A stretch of DNA of 64,000 bases from Trichodelitschia bisporula (taxonomy: Eukaryota). The notes below the pieces were generated by a model that worked only from the letters and a program-made list of their open reading frames with translations, was not told the origin of the DNA and ran no database searches. The DNA lies in the NCBI GenBank assembly GCA_010356995.1, contig ML996687.1, positions 249,803 to 313,802 of the forward strand, written 5' to 3'. The position numbers were made by a program, and so were the translations under genes. Positions 1 through 11,071 of the stretch are shown here, one piece after another; within the stretch, counting starts at the first letter, position 1; the number at the start of each line of letters is the position of its first letter.

Positions 1-1
1 C

Positions 2-3000
2 TACCTGAGAGACAGCGGCCACGACACCCCCGTTTTCCCTCCACATCTTACACAACCAACTCGTACCAGTGCGTCACGGTCGTCGAGCCATGACGAAGGA
101 GTTGAAGCTGGGAATATCCCGGGTGTTGTCACCGTGGATGATTTGAACGAAGAGCGGGAGCTGATTCGGGAGGATGCAATTGATCGCTGCTTGGATGTTC
201 TGAGCACCCACGACGATGTCACCTTTGAGCTTGCGGAGCTCATCGCCGCTGCGGTGCTGAAGGCTCCTGGGCAGTCTACATTACGATCGGACATCGGCAC
301 AACGCTTTTGCATTCTCTCCTCTCCCTGCAGCCCGATGGTGTTGAGCCCGCGCAGGCCAAGAAGATTGCAACATACGCTCATCTATTTGGGCTCGTTCTC
401 CAAGATAGGCGGTTCTACGAGGATACGCGTGCCCAGTTGCTCGACGAATTCGCCTCGTTAGTTGACTTCGTCAAGCTTGATCCTGCCACTAAAACTCAGA
501 ATGCAGTCACCTGGGTTGGCCAGGTCCTTCTCATTCTTGAGCGGCTGCTCTCAGAAGATGCTGAGCCGGCTCAAATCGACCACAAAATTCCCGGCCCAGA
601 TGAGGTCATCAAGGATACTCCCATTATCGTGTACAAGCCGCTTATTCCCCACGAGAATAAGTTCAAGCTATTCAACGCTGTCCTCGATATCCTGCCGCAC
701 ATCGGAAAAGATGACACTCTGGCGCTGTCGGTCGCTCGGATTCTGGTGATCCTCACGCGGGATAGGAAGCTGGCGATGGCCCTCGGAGAGAAGAACAATA
801 TGCGTCGTCTTTTCACCATGATCAAGCAACTTCACGGAGTAACGAATGAGCGATTGCAAGGCGCCATAATGCTGGTACTGCGCCACATCATCGAAGATGC
901 AGACACGATCCGTCAGATCATGCGTAGCGAGATACAGGCGATGTTCGAAGGCAAACAGCGGCGTGACACCGATACGACTGCGTACATCCGGGCCATGCAT
1001 CACCTTGTCCTTCGGTCTCCAGACATCTTTGTGGAAGTCACCAACGAGAAGCTCATGTTTAAGCAATACGATACACGTCAGAATCACCAAACGCTTGTGT
1101 TGAAGAAGGAGCCTCCAGCCGAGGAGTCGACAGACCAGAAGGGCAAGGACGCTACCGAGCCCGTTAGCGCTTCCAACAAGGACGAGCCAGAAGTTGAAAA
1201 GTCGAAGCCCGAGCTAAAGATGCCTGTTGTGGAAAATCCGGACGGAGTCGTTCACTTCATCCTCAGCGAGTTGCTCAACTATCGGGACGTTCCAGACATC
1301 GAAGTGTCGCAAGAAAAGCCAAAGGATTCCGGTACCACCGATGTCGAGATGGCGAACGCTGAGACCGGCACCAGCTCGGATAAGCCAGCCACTCCCAAGC
1401 CGGAGAAGAAATCCGAGAAGTCCGAATTCAAGATAGAAGACCACCCGATCTTCACCTATCGATGCTTTTTGCTGCAATGTCTGACCGAGCTCCTCTCCTG
1501 CTACAACCGTGCGAAGATCGAGTTTATCAACTATAAACGCAAAGCAGATCCTGTGGGAACGACGCCTTCGAAGCCTCGCTCACACGTTCTGAACTACCTT
1601 CTCAACGGCTTGATCCCCATTGGCACCCTGGAGCATCCAGATAGCATTGCCGCCAAAAAGAAGGTTGCCACTTCAGTCTGGGCCATGCTGGCGATCGTTG
1701 CGCTTTGCCAAAAGACGGGCGAGCGGGTTCACGTTCGGCTCGATCTTCTGACCACCCGGGATCTTTCCCACTCGGAAGAAGAATTTGAACTCTTTTACGT
1801 GAGGAAATTTGTGCTTGAGCATGCCTTGAAGGCATTCAAAGAGGTGCAGTCGAATACCTCAGAATCTCTTGATCAAAAGTACTCTCATCTCATGAATTTG
1901 GCGGACCTGTTCCAGCGCATGCTTACTAGCAAACCCAACGGCGGTAGCAGCAACAACGCACACCTGACCGACCGGTTTATGTTTTCTCAGCGTTTGCTTA
2001 CCAAGCTCATGTACGAGAAGAACTATATCTCTGCTTTGACCAACGCAGTTGCCGAGATGGACCTGAACTTCCCTGGAGCTCGACGCGCTGTGAAGTACAT
2101 TCTTCGGCCGCTTAAGCTTCTCTCTCAACTTGCGGTCGAGCTGAGCTTCCACTCAGAGGTTCCAGTCACTCAGGATTCCGAAGGTGATGAGATCTCATCC
2201 GCCACCTCCGTGTCCGACATGGACGATACTCGCGAGGAAACGCCCGATTTGTTTAGGAATTCCGCACTGGGTATCCTTGATCCTGCGCGCCAAGATGACT
2301 CGGAATCTGAGGATGAAGATGAAGATCCTGACGAAGAGATGTACGATGACGAATATGCAGACGAAATGGAGTATGAGGAAGAGATGCATGATCCCGACGA
2401 GGTCGTGAGCGACGAAGATGAAGATGAAGGCATGGAAGGCATGGGACCAATTGAGGGGCTTCCCGGCGATGTGGAGGTTGTGATGGATGACGACGATGAT
2501 GACATGACTGAGGGCGATACCGACGAAGACGGATCTGATGAAGACGATGAAGAAGACATGCTCGAAGAGGGCGAGGATATCGAGGATGGAGACGGAGGTA
2601 GCGATGATGAGGGTGATGAAGAAGACTGGGGGACGGAAGAAGATGAAGCTGTCGACTATCCGGATGACAATGAAGATGACGACGATGACGATGTGAATCA
2701 TCGCGGCATGCAGGACATTGTCCGTGTCTTTGAGGAAGCGGGCAACCCGCAGGAGATCATGGAACGCCTCGAGACAGAGGGCCATTTTGATGACGATGTC
2801 GTTCAAGACTTTATGGAGGAGGAAATGCGCGAAGAAGGTAAGCGATCATTGAAAACCGCCGTGCATGTCGAAGCTAAATGTATGACAGATGAAGAAGAGG
2901 ATGAGGAAGACTATGATGATGAAGACATCGTCTATGAGCCTGGCATGGATGGTAATTACCCTACATGGCAATTTCTTTGGGGGAATCCACTAATCGCGGC

Positions 3001-6000
3001 GCCAGAAGAAGAAGAGATAGATTTGCGTCAAAACATGCCCTGGACATGGGATACCGACAGTCACGGGTTCGCTGGGCGTCACCATCACCACCATCATGCC
3101 CACATCCACCGCCACGGAAACCCTTGGGGCCTTTTCGGAGGACCGCCAGGTGCAGTGGATCGTGTCTTCCCGCATGCCTATCGCTCGCATCGTCCTGCAG
3201 GCGGCCAGCGTGCCAATGACGACGGAACTAACCCTTTGCTTCAGCGTCAAGGTCGTGGTTCTCGAGGGACATCGTATAGCCGTCGCGGAGAGGCCATGAG
3301 CGACTGGGTGGCGGCGCTTGACCCAGCTCGATCTGGGCGTATGGCTGCTGATGGTGGTCCCGTTGCCTTCATTAACAACCTCATCAACATGATGTCTCAA
3401 GGTCACCCGCCCAGTGGTTCAACTTTACACTTTCACATTTCGGCTCCCGGCCTGCCTCTGAACCTTCCTCCTGACATCGCGGCTGCTCTTCGGTACCCGC
3501 CTCGCTATCGCGCGGACCAAACTGCTCGGCCTTCTCGGGATGATCCCTCCCAAGCTGTCAACTTCAACATCCTCTCGACGCCAACTCGCTGGCAGGAGGA
3601 AGCCCGCATCCTGTTCGGCGCGAGCGCGGCGGAAAAGGCCGCGCGCATTGGAACGGCCATCCTCGCTCTTCTTATACCTCCAGCCCGCGAAGCCCAGAAG
3701 AAGGAGGCCGAGCGACAGCAAAAGCTCAAGGAGGCACATGCTAAAGTTATAGAAGAAGCGGAGCGCGAGACACGTGAAAAGCGTGAGAAACAGGAACGCG
3801 AAGCGCGTGAACAGCAGGAGCGTGAGGCTGCAGAAGCTGCAGAAGCCGAGGCTGCTCGTGCTCGCGAGCAGGCAGCGATCGGGGCTCAACAAGTTGCCGC
3901 ATCAGACGAGATGGAAGGCGTCGAGTTGACGCAGCCAGCTGCAGCGTCTGAAGAGCAGGCTGCTGGCCCGTCAGAGCCCGCCCAGCGCATAACGACAACA
4001 ATTCGCGGCCGCGAGCTTGACATCACCAACCTGGGTATTGACTTGGATTATCTGGAGGCTTTACCTGAAGAATTCCGCGAGGAAGTTCTCATGACTCAGA
4101 TTGCCCAACAGCGCTCCCAAGCTGCAGCGTCTGGACAAGAGTCGTCAGGTATTGAGCCCGAGTTCCTGGACGCCCTTCCACCCGAAATTCGCCATGAGCT
4201 GCTTCAACAAGAAGCAGCTGAGCGTCGTCGCCGCGAGCGTGAGGAAGGTCGTAGGCGGACGGCTGGCACTGCAGCGGCTCCTACTGCCCAAGCGGAAGAC
4301 ATGGACGTTCCAAGCTTCTTTGCAACCCTGGATCCCAGTCTCCGTCAAACACTGCTTCTGGAATCAGACGATGACTTGCTTGCGCAGTTGCCTTCACACA
4401 TTGCAGAGGAAGCTCGTCTCCTTAGCGGTGACCGTCGGCTACATCACTACATGGAGCCGCCTCGTCCTGGTCCTGGTCCTGCTGCCGGGCAGCCGGCGGT
4501 TGAGCCACCGAAAAAGAAGCCAACCCAATACGTTCAGATTCTCGACAAGGCTGGCGTGGCTACCCTTTTACGCCTGATGTTCATCCCCGTCCAAGGCAGC
4601 ATGAAGCATACTTTGAACGGCGTCTTGAGGGATGCTTGCTGCAACAAGCACAACCGGGCCGAAATTGTTAGCACCCTGCTCTCAATCCTGCAGGACGGCA
4701 GTAACGACTTCAATGCCATCGAACGCAGCTTTGCGCATCTTTCCCTTCGAGCAAAGCAGACCTCCGCGCAGAAGACTCCTCAGCCGAAGCGGACGAACAA
4801 CGAGCCTATCATCACCAGTGGCGAAATGTCTCCCCTCATGGTCGTTCAGCAGTGCCTTGGGACTCTTGAGTTCTTAACGCAGTGCAGCCCGCGCATTGCC
4901 GAGTTCTTCTTCACCGAGCACGAGACTTCTACAGGGTTCAAGTCGCGCTCTAGCCGCAAAGGCAAGTCGAAGGAGAGCAAAGCGAGCCGTTATCCATTGA
5001 ACGCATTGCTTGGCCTCCTGGACCGTAGCATTGTCATTGAGAGCTCGCCTGTCATGGAGCAGCTGGCCTCTTTGCTCCAGCGTATCACTCACCCTCTCAG
5101 TGTTGTCCTTCGGAAGGACAAAGAAAAGCCAGCTGAGGAGCCGAAGCCTGCTGAATCGACAGCGGAAGCCGCGCCTGCTGCCGAGGCTCCGGCGCCTGCC
5201 CCAACGACCGCCGCTGAGGAGAGTGCGGCGATTCCACCGCCAGAGGGCGTATCCACGGGCGAATCCGCGCCTGTGGTTGGACCTTCAGACGAGGCTAAAA
5301 CCAAAGAGCCAGCTCCCCCGCCTGCGGACGAAAAGAAGAAGTCCCGCGCTTTAGTCACTCCCCCGGAGGTTCCCGAGTACAACCTGAGGCTCATCATCAA
5401 CATCATAGCCGCTCGCGAATGTCCTAGCAAGACATTCAAAGATACCCTCTCACTCATCACGAATCTGTCTGCGATTCCCGAAGCTCGGGATATCTTCGGC
5501 AAGGAGCTGATTGCTAAGGCGCAAGAGCTGGCTGAAAACATCTTGGATGATCTCGAAGAGTTGTATGCCCAAATCTTTAAGGCCAAGACTGGCACCGATG
5601 TTCAAGGCATGGCGCTTTCACGGTTCTCACCTGCTAGCTCGGATCAGGCGAAGCTGTTGCGTGTCATCACCGCGCTGGATTTCTTATTCAATCCCAAGCG
5701 CCCCGATTCCACGACAGGCAGCGACGAGGGCCTTGACAATGCGCTGAAGGAAGACATGCTCACCACGCTGTACGAGCACAAGACATTTGGCGAACTCTGG
5801 AAGCAGCTCAGCAAGTGCCTGACCTCAATTCGCATCCGCGGCAACATGTTCAATGTCGCTAACATCCTCCTTCCTTTGATTGAGGTGCTGATGGTGGTCT
5901 GTAAGAACACCACGCTCAAGGAGGTTTCTCTCGCCAAAGCAGCGCCTAAGGAGTTCGCGCTCTCGAGCCCTCCACCCGAGTCTCACATCGAAAACCTCTT

Positions 6001-7312
6001 TTTCGAGTTCACCGAGGAGCATCGTCGTATCCTGAACGACTTGGTGCGCCACAATCCCAAGCTCATGAGCGGATCGTTCTCCCTTTTGGTCAAGAACTCG
6101 AAGGTGTTGGAGTTCGACAACAAGCGCAACTACTTCAGCCGCAAGCTCCACTCGCGCAATGCGGAAGGTCGTCAGTCTCATCCGACTCTACAACTTCAAG
6201 TCCGTCGCGACCAGGTCTTCCTCGATTCTTTCCGGTCACTCTACTTCAAGAAGCCGGATGAATTCAAGTATGGGAAGCTCAGCATTCGCTTCCATGGAGA
6301 AGAAGGTGTTGATGCTGGAGGCGTGACCCGTGAGTGGTTCCAAGTGCTTACGAAGCAAATGTTCGACCCCAATTATGCCCTTTTCAACCCGGTTGCGTCG
6401 GATAGGACAACTTTCCACCCCAATCCTCTGAGTGGAATCAACGGAGAGCATCTCCTGTTCTTCAAGTTCATCGGGCGTGTTATCGGCAAGGCCCTGTACG
6501 AAGGTCGCGTGCTTGATTGTCATTTCAGCCGCGCCGTCTACAAGCGCATCCTGGGTCGCCCTGTTAGCATCAAGGACATGGAGACCCTCGACCTCGAGTA
6601 CTACAAGTCTCTCTCATGGATGCTGGAGAATGACATCACCGATGTCATCACGGAGACCTTCTCGGTGGAGTCAGATTCATTTGGCGAGACCACAACCGTA
6701 GATCTGATCGAAAATGGGCGTAACATACTGGTCACCGAAGAGAACAAGGCCGAGTATGTGCGTCTGGTGGTGGAGTACAAGATGATTGGCTCGGTCAAGG
6801 AGCAGCTTGAACACTTCCTCGCAGGTATATATCTCCCCCTTCAGCGATTGACATCAGCTAACCACATTGAAGGGTTTCATGACATTGTCCCTGCCGACTT
6901 GATCGCAATATTCAACGAGCAGGAACTCGAATTGCTCATTTCCGGTCTCCCTGATATCGACGTTGATGACTGGAAGAACAACACTGAGTACCACAACTAC
7001 CAAGCTTCATCCCCTCAGATCCAGTGGTTCTGGCGTGCCGTTCGTTCCTTCGACAAGGAAGAGCGCGCGAAGCTTCTCCAGTTCGTGACAGGAACCAGCA
7101 AAGTGCCTCTCAATGGTTTCAAGGAGCTTGAAGGCATGAATGGCTTCAGCCGATTCAACATCCACCGCGACTATGGGAACAAGGATCGGCTGCCGAGCTC
7201 GCACACTTGCTTCAATCAGCTTGACTTGCCCGAGTATGAGAACTACGAAATTCTGCGCAAGCAGCTGTACACGGCCATGACTGCTGGCAGCGAGTATTTC
7301 GGGTTTGCCTAA
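2..7312 (+). CDS. TOM1: HECT E3 ubiquitin ligase Tom1/HUWE1 family, 5' part outside the window; introns 2838-2888, 2952-3005, 6825-6872
   Basis: The frame is open from position 2. It has a long acidic tract, UBM-like repeats (DYLEALPEEFREEV, EFLDALPPEIRHEL) and a C-terminal HECT domain (FHGEEGVDAGGVTREWF ... LPSSHTCFNQLDLPEY ... EYFGFA*). Introns have GTAAGC/GTAATT/GTATAT donors and CTAA-type branch points. Confidence 0.96.
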   Translation, partial: YLRDSGHDTPVFPPHLTQPTRTSASRSSSHDEGVEAGNIPGVVTVDDLNEERELIREDAIDRCLDVLSTHDDVTFELAELIAAAVLKAPGQSTLRSDIGTTLLHSLLSLQPDGVEPAQAKKIATYAHLFGLVLQDRRFYEDTRAQLLDEFASLVDFVKLDPATKTQNAVTWVGQVLLILERLLSEDAEPAQIDHKIPGPDEVIKDTPIIVYKPLIPHENKFKLFNAVLDILPHIGKDDTLALSVARILVILTRDRKLAMALGEKNNMRRLFTMIKQLHGVTNERLQGAIMLVLRHIIEDADTIRQIMRSEIQAMFEGKQRRDTDTTAYIRAMHHLVLRSPDIFVEVTNEKLMFKQYDTRQNHQTLVLKKEPPAEESTDQKGKDATEPVSASNKDEPEVEKSKPELKMPVVENPDGVVHFILSELLNYRDVPDIEVSQEKPKDSGTTDVEMANAETGTSSDKPATPKPEKKSEKSEFKIEDHPIFTYRCFLLQCLTELLSCYNRAKIEFINYKRKADPVGTTPSKPRSHVLNYLLNGLIPIGTLEHPDSIAAKKKVATSVWAMLAIVALCQKTGERVHVRLDLLTTRDLSHSEEEFELFYVRKFVLEHALKAFKEVQSNTSESLDQKYSHLMNLADLFQRMLTSKPNGGSSNNAHLTDRFMFSQRLLTKLMYEKNYISALTNAVAEMDLNFPGARRAVKYILRPLKLLSQLAVELSFHSEVPVTQDSEGDEISSATSVSDMDDTREETPDLFRNSALGILDPARQDDSESEDEDEDPDEEMYDDEYADEMEYEEEMHDPDEVVSDEDEDEGMEGMGPIEGLPGDVEVVMDDDDDDMTEGDTDEDGSDEDDEEDMLEEGEDIEDGDGGSDDEGDEEDWGTEEDEAVDYPDDNEDDDDDDVNHRGMQDIVRVFEEAGNPQEIMERLETEGHFDDDVVQDFMEEEMREEGKRSLKTAVHVEAKCMTDEEEDEEDYDDEDIVYEPGMDGNYPTWQFLWGNPLIAAPEEEEIDLRQNMPWTWDTDSHGFAGRHHHHHHAHIHRHGNPWGLFGGPPGAVDRVFPHAYRSHRPAGGQRANDDGTNPLLQRQGRGSRGTSYSRRGEAMSDWVAALDPARSGRMAADGGPVAFINNLINMMSQGHPPSGSTLHFHISAPGLPLNLPPDIAAALRYPPRYRADQTARPSRDDPSQAVNFNILSTPTRWQEEARILFGASAAEKAARIGTAILALLIPPAREAQKKEAERQQKLKEAHAKVIEEAERETREKREKQEREAREQQEREAAEAAEAEAARAREQAAIGAQQVAASDEMEGVELTQPAAASEEQAAGPSEPAQRITTTIRGRELDITNLGIDLDYLEALPEEFREEVLMTQIAQQRSQAAASGQESSGIEPEFLDALPPEIRHELLQQEAAERRRREREEGRRRTAGTAAAPTAQAEDMDVPSFFATLDPSLRQTLLLESDDDLLAQLPSHIAEEARLLSGDRRLHHYMEPPRPGPGPAAGQPAVEPPKKKPTQYVQILDKAGVATLLRLMFIPVQGSMKHTLNGVLRDACCNKHNRAEIVSTLLSILQDGSNDFNAIERSFAHLSLRAKQTSAQKTPQPKRTNNEPIITSGEMSPLMVVQQCLGTLEFLTQCSPRIAEFFFTEHETSTGFKSRSSRKGKSKESKASRYPLNALLGLLDRSIVIESSPVMEQLASLLQRITHPLSVVLRKDKEKPAEEPKPAESTAEAAPAAEAPAPAPTTAAEESAAIPPPEGVSTGESAPVVGPSDEAKTKEPAPPPADEKKKSRALVTPPEVPEYNLRLIINIIAARECPSKTFKDTLSLITNLSAIPEARDIFGKELIAKAQELAENILDDLEELYAQIFKAKTGTDVQGMALSRFSPASSDQAKLLRVITALDFLFNPKRPDSTTGSDEGLDNALKEDMLTTLYEHKTFGELWKQLSKCLTSIRIRGNMFNVANILLPLIEVLMVVCKNTTLKEVSLAKAAPKEFALSSPPPESHIENLFFEFTEEHRRILNDLVRHNPKLMSGSFSLLVKNSKVLEFDNKRNYFSRKLHSRNAEGRQSHPTLQLQVRRDQVFLDSFRSLYFKKPDEFKYGKLSIRFHGEEGVDAGGVTREWFQVLTKQMFDPNYALFNPVASDRTTFHPNPLSGINGEHLLFFKFIGRVIGKALYEGRVLDCHFSRAVYKRILGRPVSIKDMETLDLEYYKSLSWMLENDITDVITETFSVESDSFGETTTVDLIENGRNILVTEENKAEYVRLVVEYKMIGSVKEQLEHFLAGIYLPLQRLTSANHIEGFHDIVPADLIAIFNEQELELLISGLPDIDVDDWKNNTEYHNYQASSPQIQWFWRAVRSFDKEERAKLLQFVTGTSKVPLNGFKELEGMNGFSRFNIHRDYGNKDRLPSSHTCFNQLDLPEYENYEILRKQLYTAMTAGSEYFGFA

Positions 7313-7804
7313 GTGCGGGTTACAAGAGCAAGTTGCTTGTCAGACTGCATTGTCAAGGCGCATATTTTTCGGGAGGTGCTGATGTGCTTTACTCAAGGCG
7401 GTCGTTTTGATGCAGGGGAGGGTAATGACCAAGCATATTTGGGCGTTCGTTCTAATTGCTCTATTGTACTACTACTATTGTGGAGGACATAGATGATCAC
7501 TGGGCACCGCAAGTGGGAATAGGTGGGCATTGCTGGGATGCGGGAGGAGGATGGCTCGACGTGCAGGTTGATGCTGTTCTACTCCCGTGTTTTCCGGCCG
7601 TTTAGAGTAGCTAACATTCACTTAATCAAGCCCCGTCATTTGTACGTAGAATGACCCATCAGCATAATATTGAATGTGTCTCCCGCAACTCCATGTGTCA
7701 GAAGTGACGCAAAGCGTCGTGGACTTGAAGATTGAACACGATGCAAGCATCCACGTTCGGCTGAGGCTAAAAACAGGGCACGTCTCCGCAGCTCTCCGCA
7801 AATG

Positions 7805-7810
7805 CCGAGG
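7805..7810 (+). promoter_or_regulatory. CCGAGG motif, candidate FarA/FarB (Ctf1) fatty-acid-induction site
   Basis: CCGAGG lies about 200 nt upstream of the PXA2 ATG. CCGAGG/CCTCGG is the known FarA/FarB core in Aspergillus peroxisomal and beta-oxidation genes. As a 6-mer it could occur by chance. Confidence 0.45.
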
Positions 7811-8009
7811 GTGCCACCCCAGCCGCGCCACCCCCAGCTTCTGATGTCGCCGACCGTCACATGCTGTCCAGGAAACATACCACAAGCACCGGGGGTGGCG
7901 CATAACACCGCAACTCGCGAAGCAGCTCGAAAGCTGTAAGACGATGCAGCAGCAGCCTAACGGCTAACCTTTATACCTTCTCCCATCCCTCCAACGATAC
8001 TCAGCAGCC

Positions 8010-10263
8010 ATGGCCGCCCAGTCGAAGCTCCCGACCATGTCGGCGGGCTCCATCAAGCGCCTCGTGTCCGACCTCACGTCCGTCTACCTCAAGAACCGCA
8101 CGCGCATCTCGCGCACCATGTACCTGACGCTTCTGATTGCGCTGATTCATCGCATTCGCGGCGCAGTTTCGGAGCAGAAGGCTTCATCGGTGCGCCAGGC
8201 GGAGGCGCGTAAGAAGGGTACGGGGCCGGCGCCTGCAGGCGAGCGCAAGAAGGTGGAGCTCAATCGCGAGTTTTTTAGGAACTTGATGCGTTTGTTGCGC
8301 ATTTGTATTCCTGGGTGGAGGAGCAAGGAGCTCAAGCTTCTCATCTCGCATAGCGTGTTTCTGGTCCTGCGTACGTTGATCAGTCTCTATGTTGCGGAGC
8401 TGGATGGCAAGTTGGTGAGCCATCTTGTGCGTGGGAGGGGTAAGGAGTTCTTGAAGGGTCTGGTTTGGTGGATGGCTGTGGCTATTCCGGCGACGTTCAC
8501 GAATTCCATGGTGAGTGTGTATCGCGGAGAAGGACTGGAAGCTGACGAGTGTAGCTCTCGTATCACCAGTGCAAGTTATCACTGCAGTATCGGACGAGAC
8601 TCACGAACTACATCCACAACAAGTATCTTTCGCAAATGACCTTCTACACACTCTCCGCCTTGGATGACCGGATAAAGAATGCGGATCAGCTCATCACAGT
8701 GGACGTGGCCAAGTTCTCCAACAGCCTGGCGGAACTCTACTCGAACATTGCGAAGCCGGTTCTGGACATGGCCATTTACAACTATTCTCTGTCTCGGAGC
8801 GTTGGTGGCGAAGGGCTGTTCTTCATGAGCCTGGTGGTTCAGCTGTCCGCCAGTGTAATGCGTGCCCTTACACCACCATTTGGAAGATACGTCGCGGACG
8901 AGGCACGCCTTGAAGGAGAATTCCGATTCCAGCATTCCCGGCTAATAGACTACAGCGAAGAGATCGCACTTTATCACGGACAGGAAGCAGAGAAAGACAC
9001 CTTAGACAAGGGCTACTTCACGCTCATCAAGCACGTCAATCGCATCCTTAGACGGCGTTTCTACCACGGCATCATGGAGGACTTTGTGATCAAGTACTTC
9101 TGGGGCGCACTAGGCTTGATGCTTTGCAGCGTGCCTGTTTTCTTCAAGGTCCCAGGCGTTGCAGGCAATACCATGGGAGACCGCACCGAGAGTAAGAAAT
9201 CCACCTGTCTTCTCGCTCCAGTAGCTGACACGTACAGGCTTCGTCACAAACCGCCGCATGCTCCTCATGTCCTCCGACGCCTTCGGCCGTGTCATGTTCT
9301 CCTACAAAGAGATCTCCGAGCTAGCAGGCTACACCGCGCGCGTCTCCACGCTCCTCGACGTCATCGACGACGTGCAAGCCGGGCACTTCGAAAAGAAACT
9401 CGTCTCCTCCGCCGACACGGAGGAAAACGCTGAAGTCCTCCGCGGCCGCGGCACCGTTATCGAAGGCCCCGACATCGAGTTTACAGATGTCCCCATCGTG
9501 TCGCCCAACGGCGACGTGCTCGTCCGCGCGCTCAGCTTCTCCGTCCACCCCGGCGAGCACATGCTCATTGTCGGGCCGAATGGGTGCGGCAAGTCCAGTC
9601 TGTTCCGCATCCTCGGCGGGTTGTGGCCTGTGTACGGCGGCACGGTGCGCAAGCCCCCTTTCTCGGATATCTTTTACATCCCTCAACGCCCGTACTTGTC
9701 CCGTGGTAGTCTGCGGCAGCAAATTATTTACCCGGACAGCGTGCGCGAGATGCGCGACAAGGGCGCCACGGACGCGGATTTGTTCCGCATCCTGAGCGTT
9801 GTGGAGATCGAGCATGTGGTCGAGCGGCAGGGGGGGTGGGATGCCGAGGCGGAATGGACGGATGTGCTCAGCGGGGGGTTGCAGCAGCGCGTTGCTATGG
9901 CGCGGCTCTTCTACCATGCCCCTAAGTATGCGATTTTGGATGAATGCACCAGTAGCGTTACGTTGGAGATTGAGCGGGTTATGTACGACGAGGCGAAGAG
10001 GCTGGGCATTACGTTGATGACGGTGAGCCATCGGAGGAGTTTGTGGAAGTACCATGAGAATATTTTGCAGTTTGATGGGCAGGGGAATTTTGTGTTTACG
10101 AGGCTGGATGCAGAGCGCAGGTTGCAGCTTGAGGAGTAAGTGCCGACCTTTCCTGATTTGTGAGTGTGGGCTAACGGTGGATAGTGAGAAGGAGGAGTTG
10201 GATCTCCAGCTTAGGGCTGTGCCTGATATTGAGCGCCGGATTGCGGAGTTGACCGCTGCGTGA
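8010..10263 (+). CDS. PXA2: Peroxisomal ABCD half-transporter for long-chain acyl-CoA (Pxa2-like); exons 8010-8510, 8555-9191, 9238-10135, 10185-10263
   Basis: ABC_membrane_2 features ([18 protein letters not shown]), Walker [10 protein letters not shown], signature LSGGLQQR, Walker B ILDECTS. Three GT-AG introns restore a continuous frame. Confidence 0.92.
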
Positions 10264-11071
10264 GACGGGCGATGTGGTGGATACTCGGAAGCTGGTAAAG
10301 CTAATTCGTGTACTTGTAGAGGCGTGCTGAGCGAAACAAAGAAATTAGAGCCGATGTGCAACGGTCTTTGGTCCCGTGGCGCCGTTCCTTTATTCCGATC
10401 CACGTGTGCGGCTAACATCTTTCCTTGGGAAGATACCGGAAGGGTTTACGGCGTCAGAGACAATGGAATACGTCGTATCTAGACGTCCGCGTCGGGCTTT
10501 ATGCAGCTGCCAAGCTTAATTTCAGCCTGCTTGTGACTACATCGTCTGTCGGGGGGCCGCAGTCGGGCTGATCTTGACTTGGGAGACCGTTGATGGCTGG
10601 TCTTGATTGTCACCCGTCATTGTTTCTGTCTACTTCAGTACGAAGTATTCCGGAGGCTGGAACAGTGTGTTGGAGTTGAATATCGGTCTCGATTCCGGTG
10701 ACTGAAAGCGAGACGCCGTTGGAATATATCACGCATGAACTTAAAATCTGAACAAGTGATCCGTGCTTGAAGCTAACTCAAGTTACGGGGTGTGCTAGAC
10801 CAGTTTATACGGTATTGTATGATGGAGCAGCTGAACGTTCGCTTGATTCAAACGGTTTCAACGAGGGCTCCTTCAGCCCACTCCGAGAGAACTCGATTAA
10901 ACTTTGTAATTCGCCCTCAAACACAATTACAATCCATATTTCCCCCCATCGGCAGCATGCCAACCCATTTCCCGGCTCCCGCGAAAAGAAAAGCGAGCGT
11001 GAAAGCAGTATATATCCCATGGTATCTCTCCCAAACCAGTCCACTCAACACCATCCCAAACCCACAACACA

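Noticed and set aside
9321..10418. 365-aa antisense ORF over PXA2, and similar ones over XDH (62361-63452) and the HMG gene (19600-20547)
   Set aside because: Shadow ORFs expected from GC-rich codon bias; no recognisable motifs.
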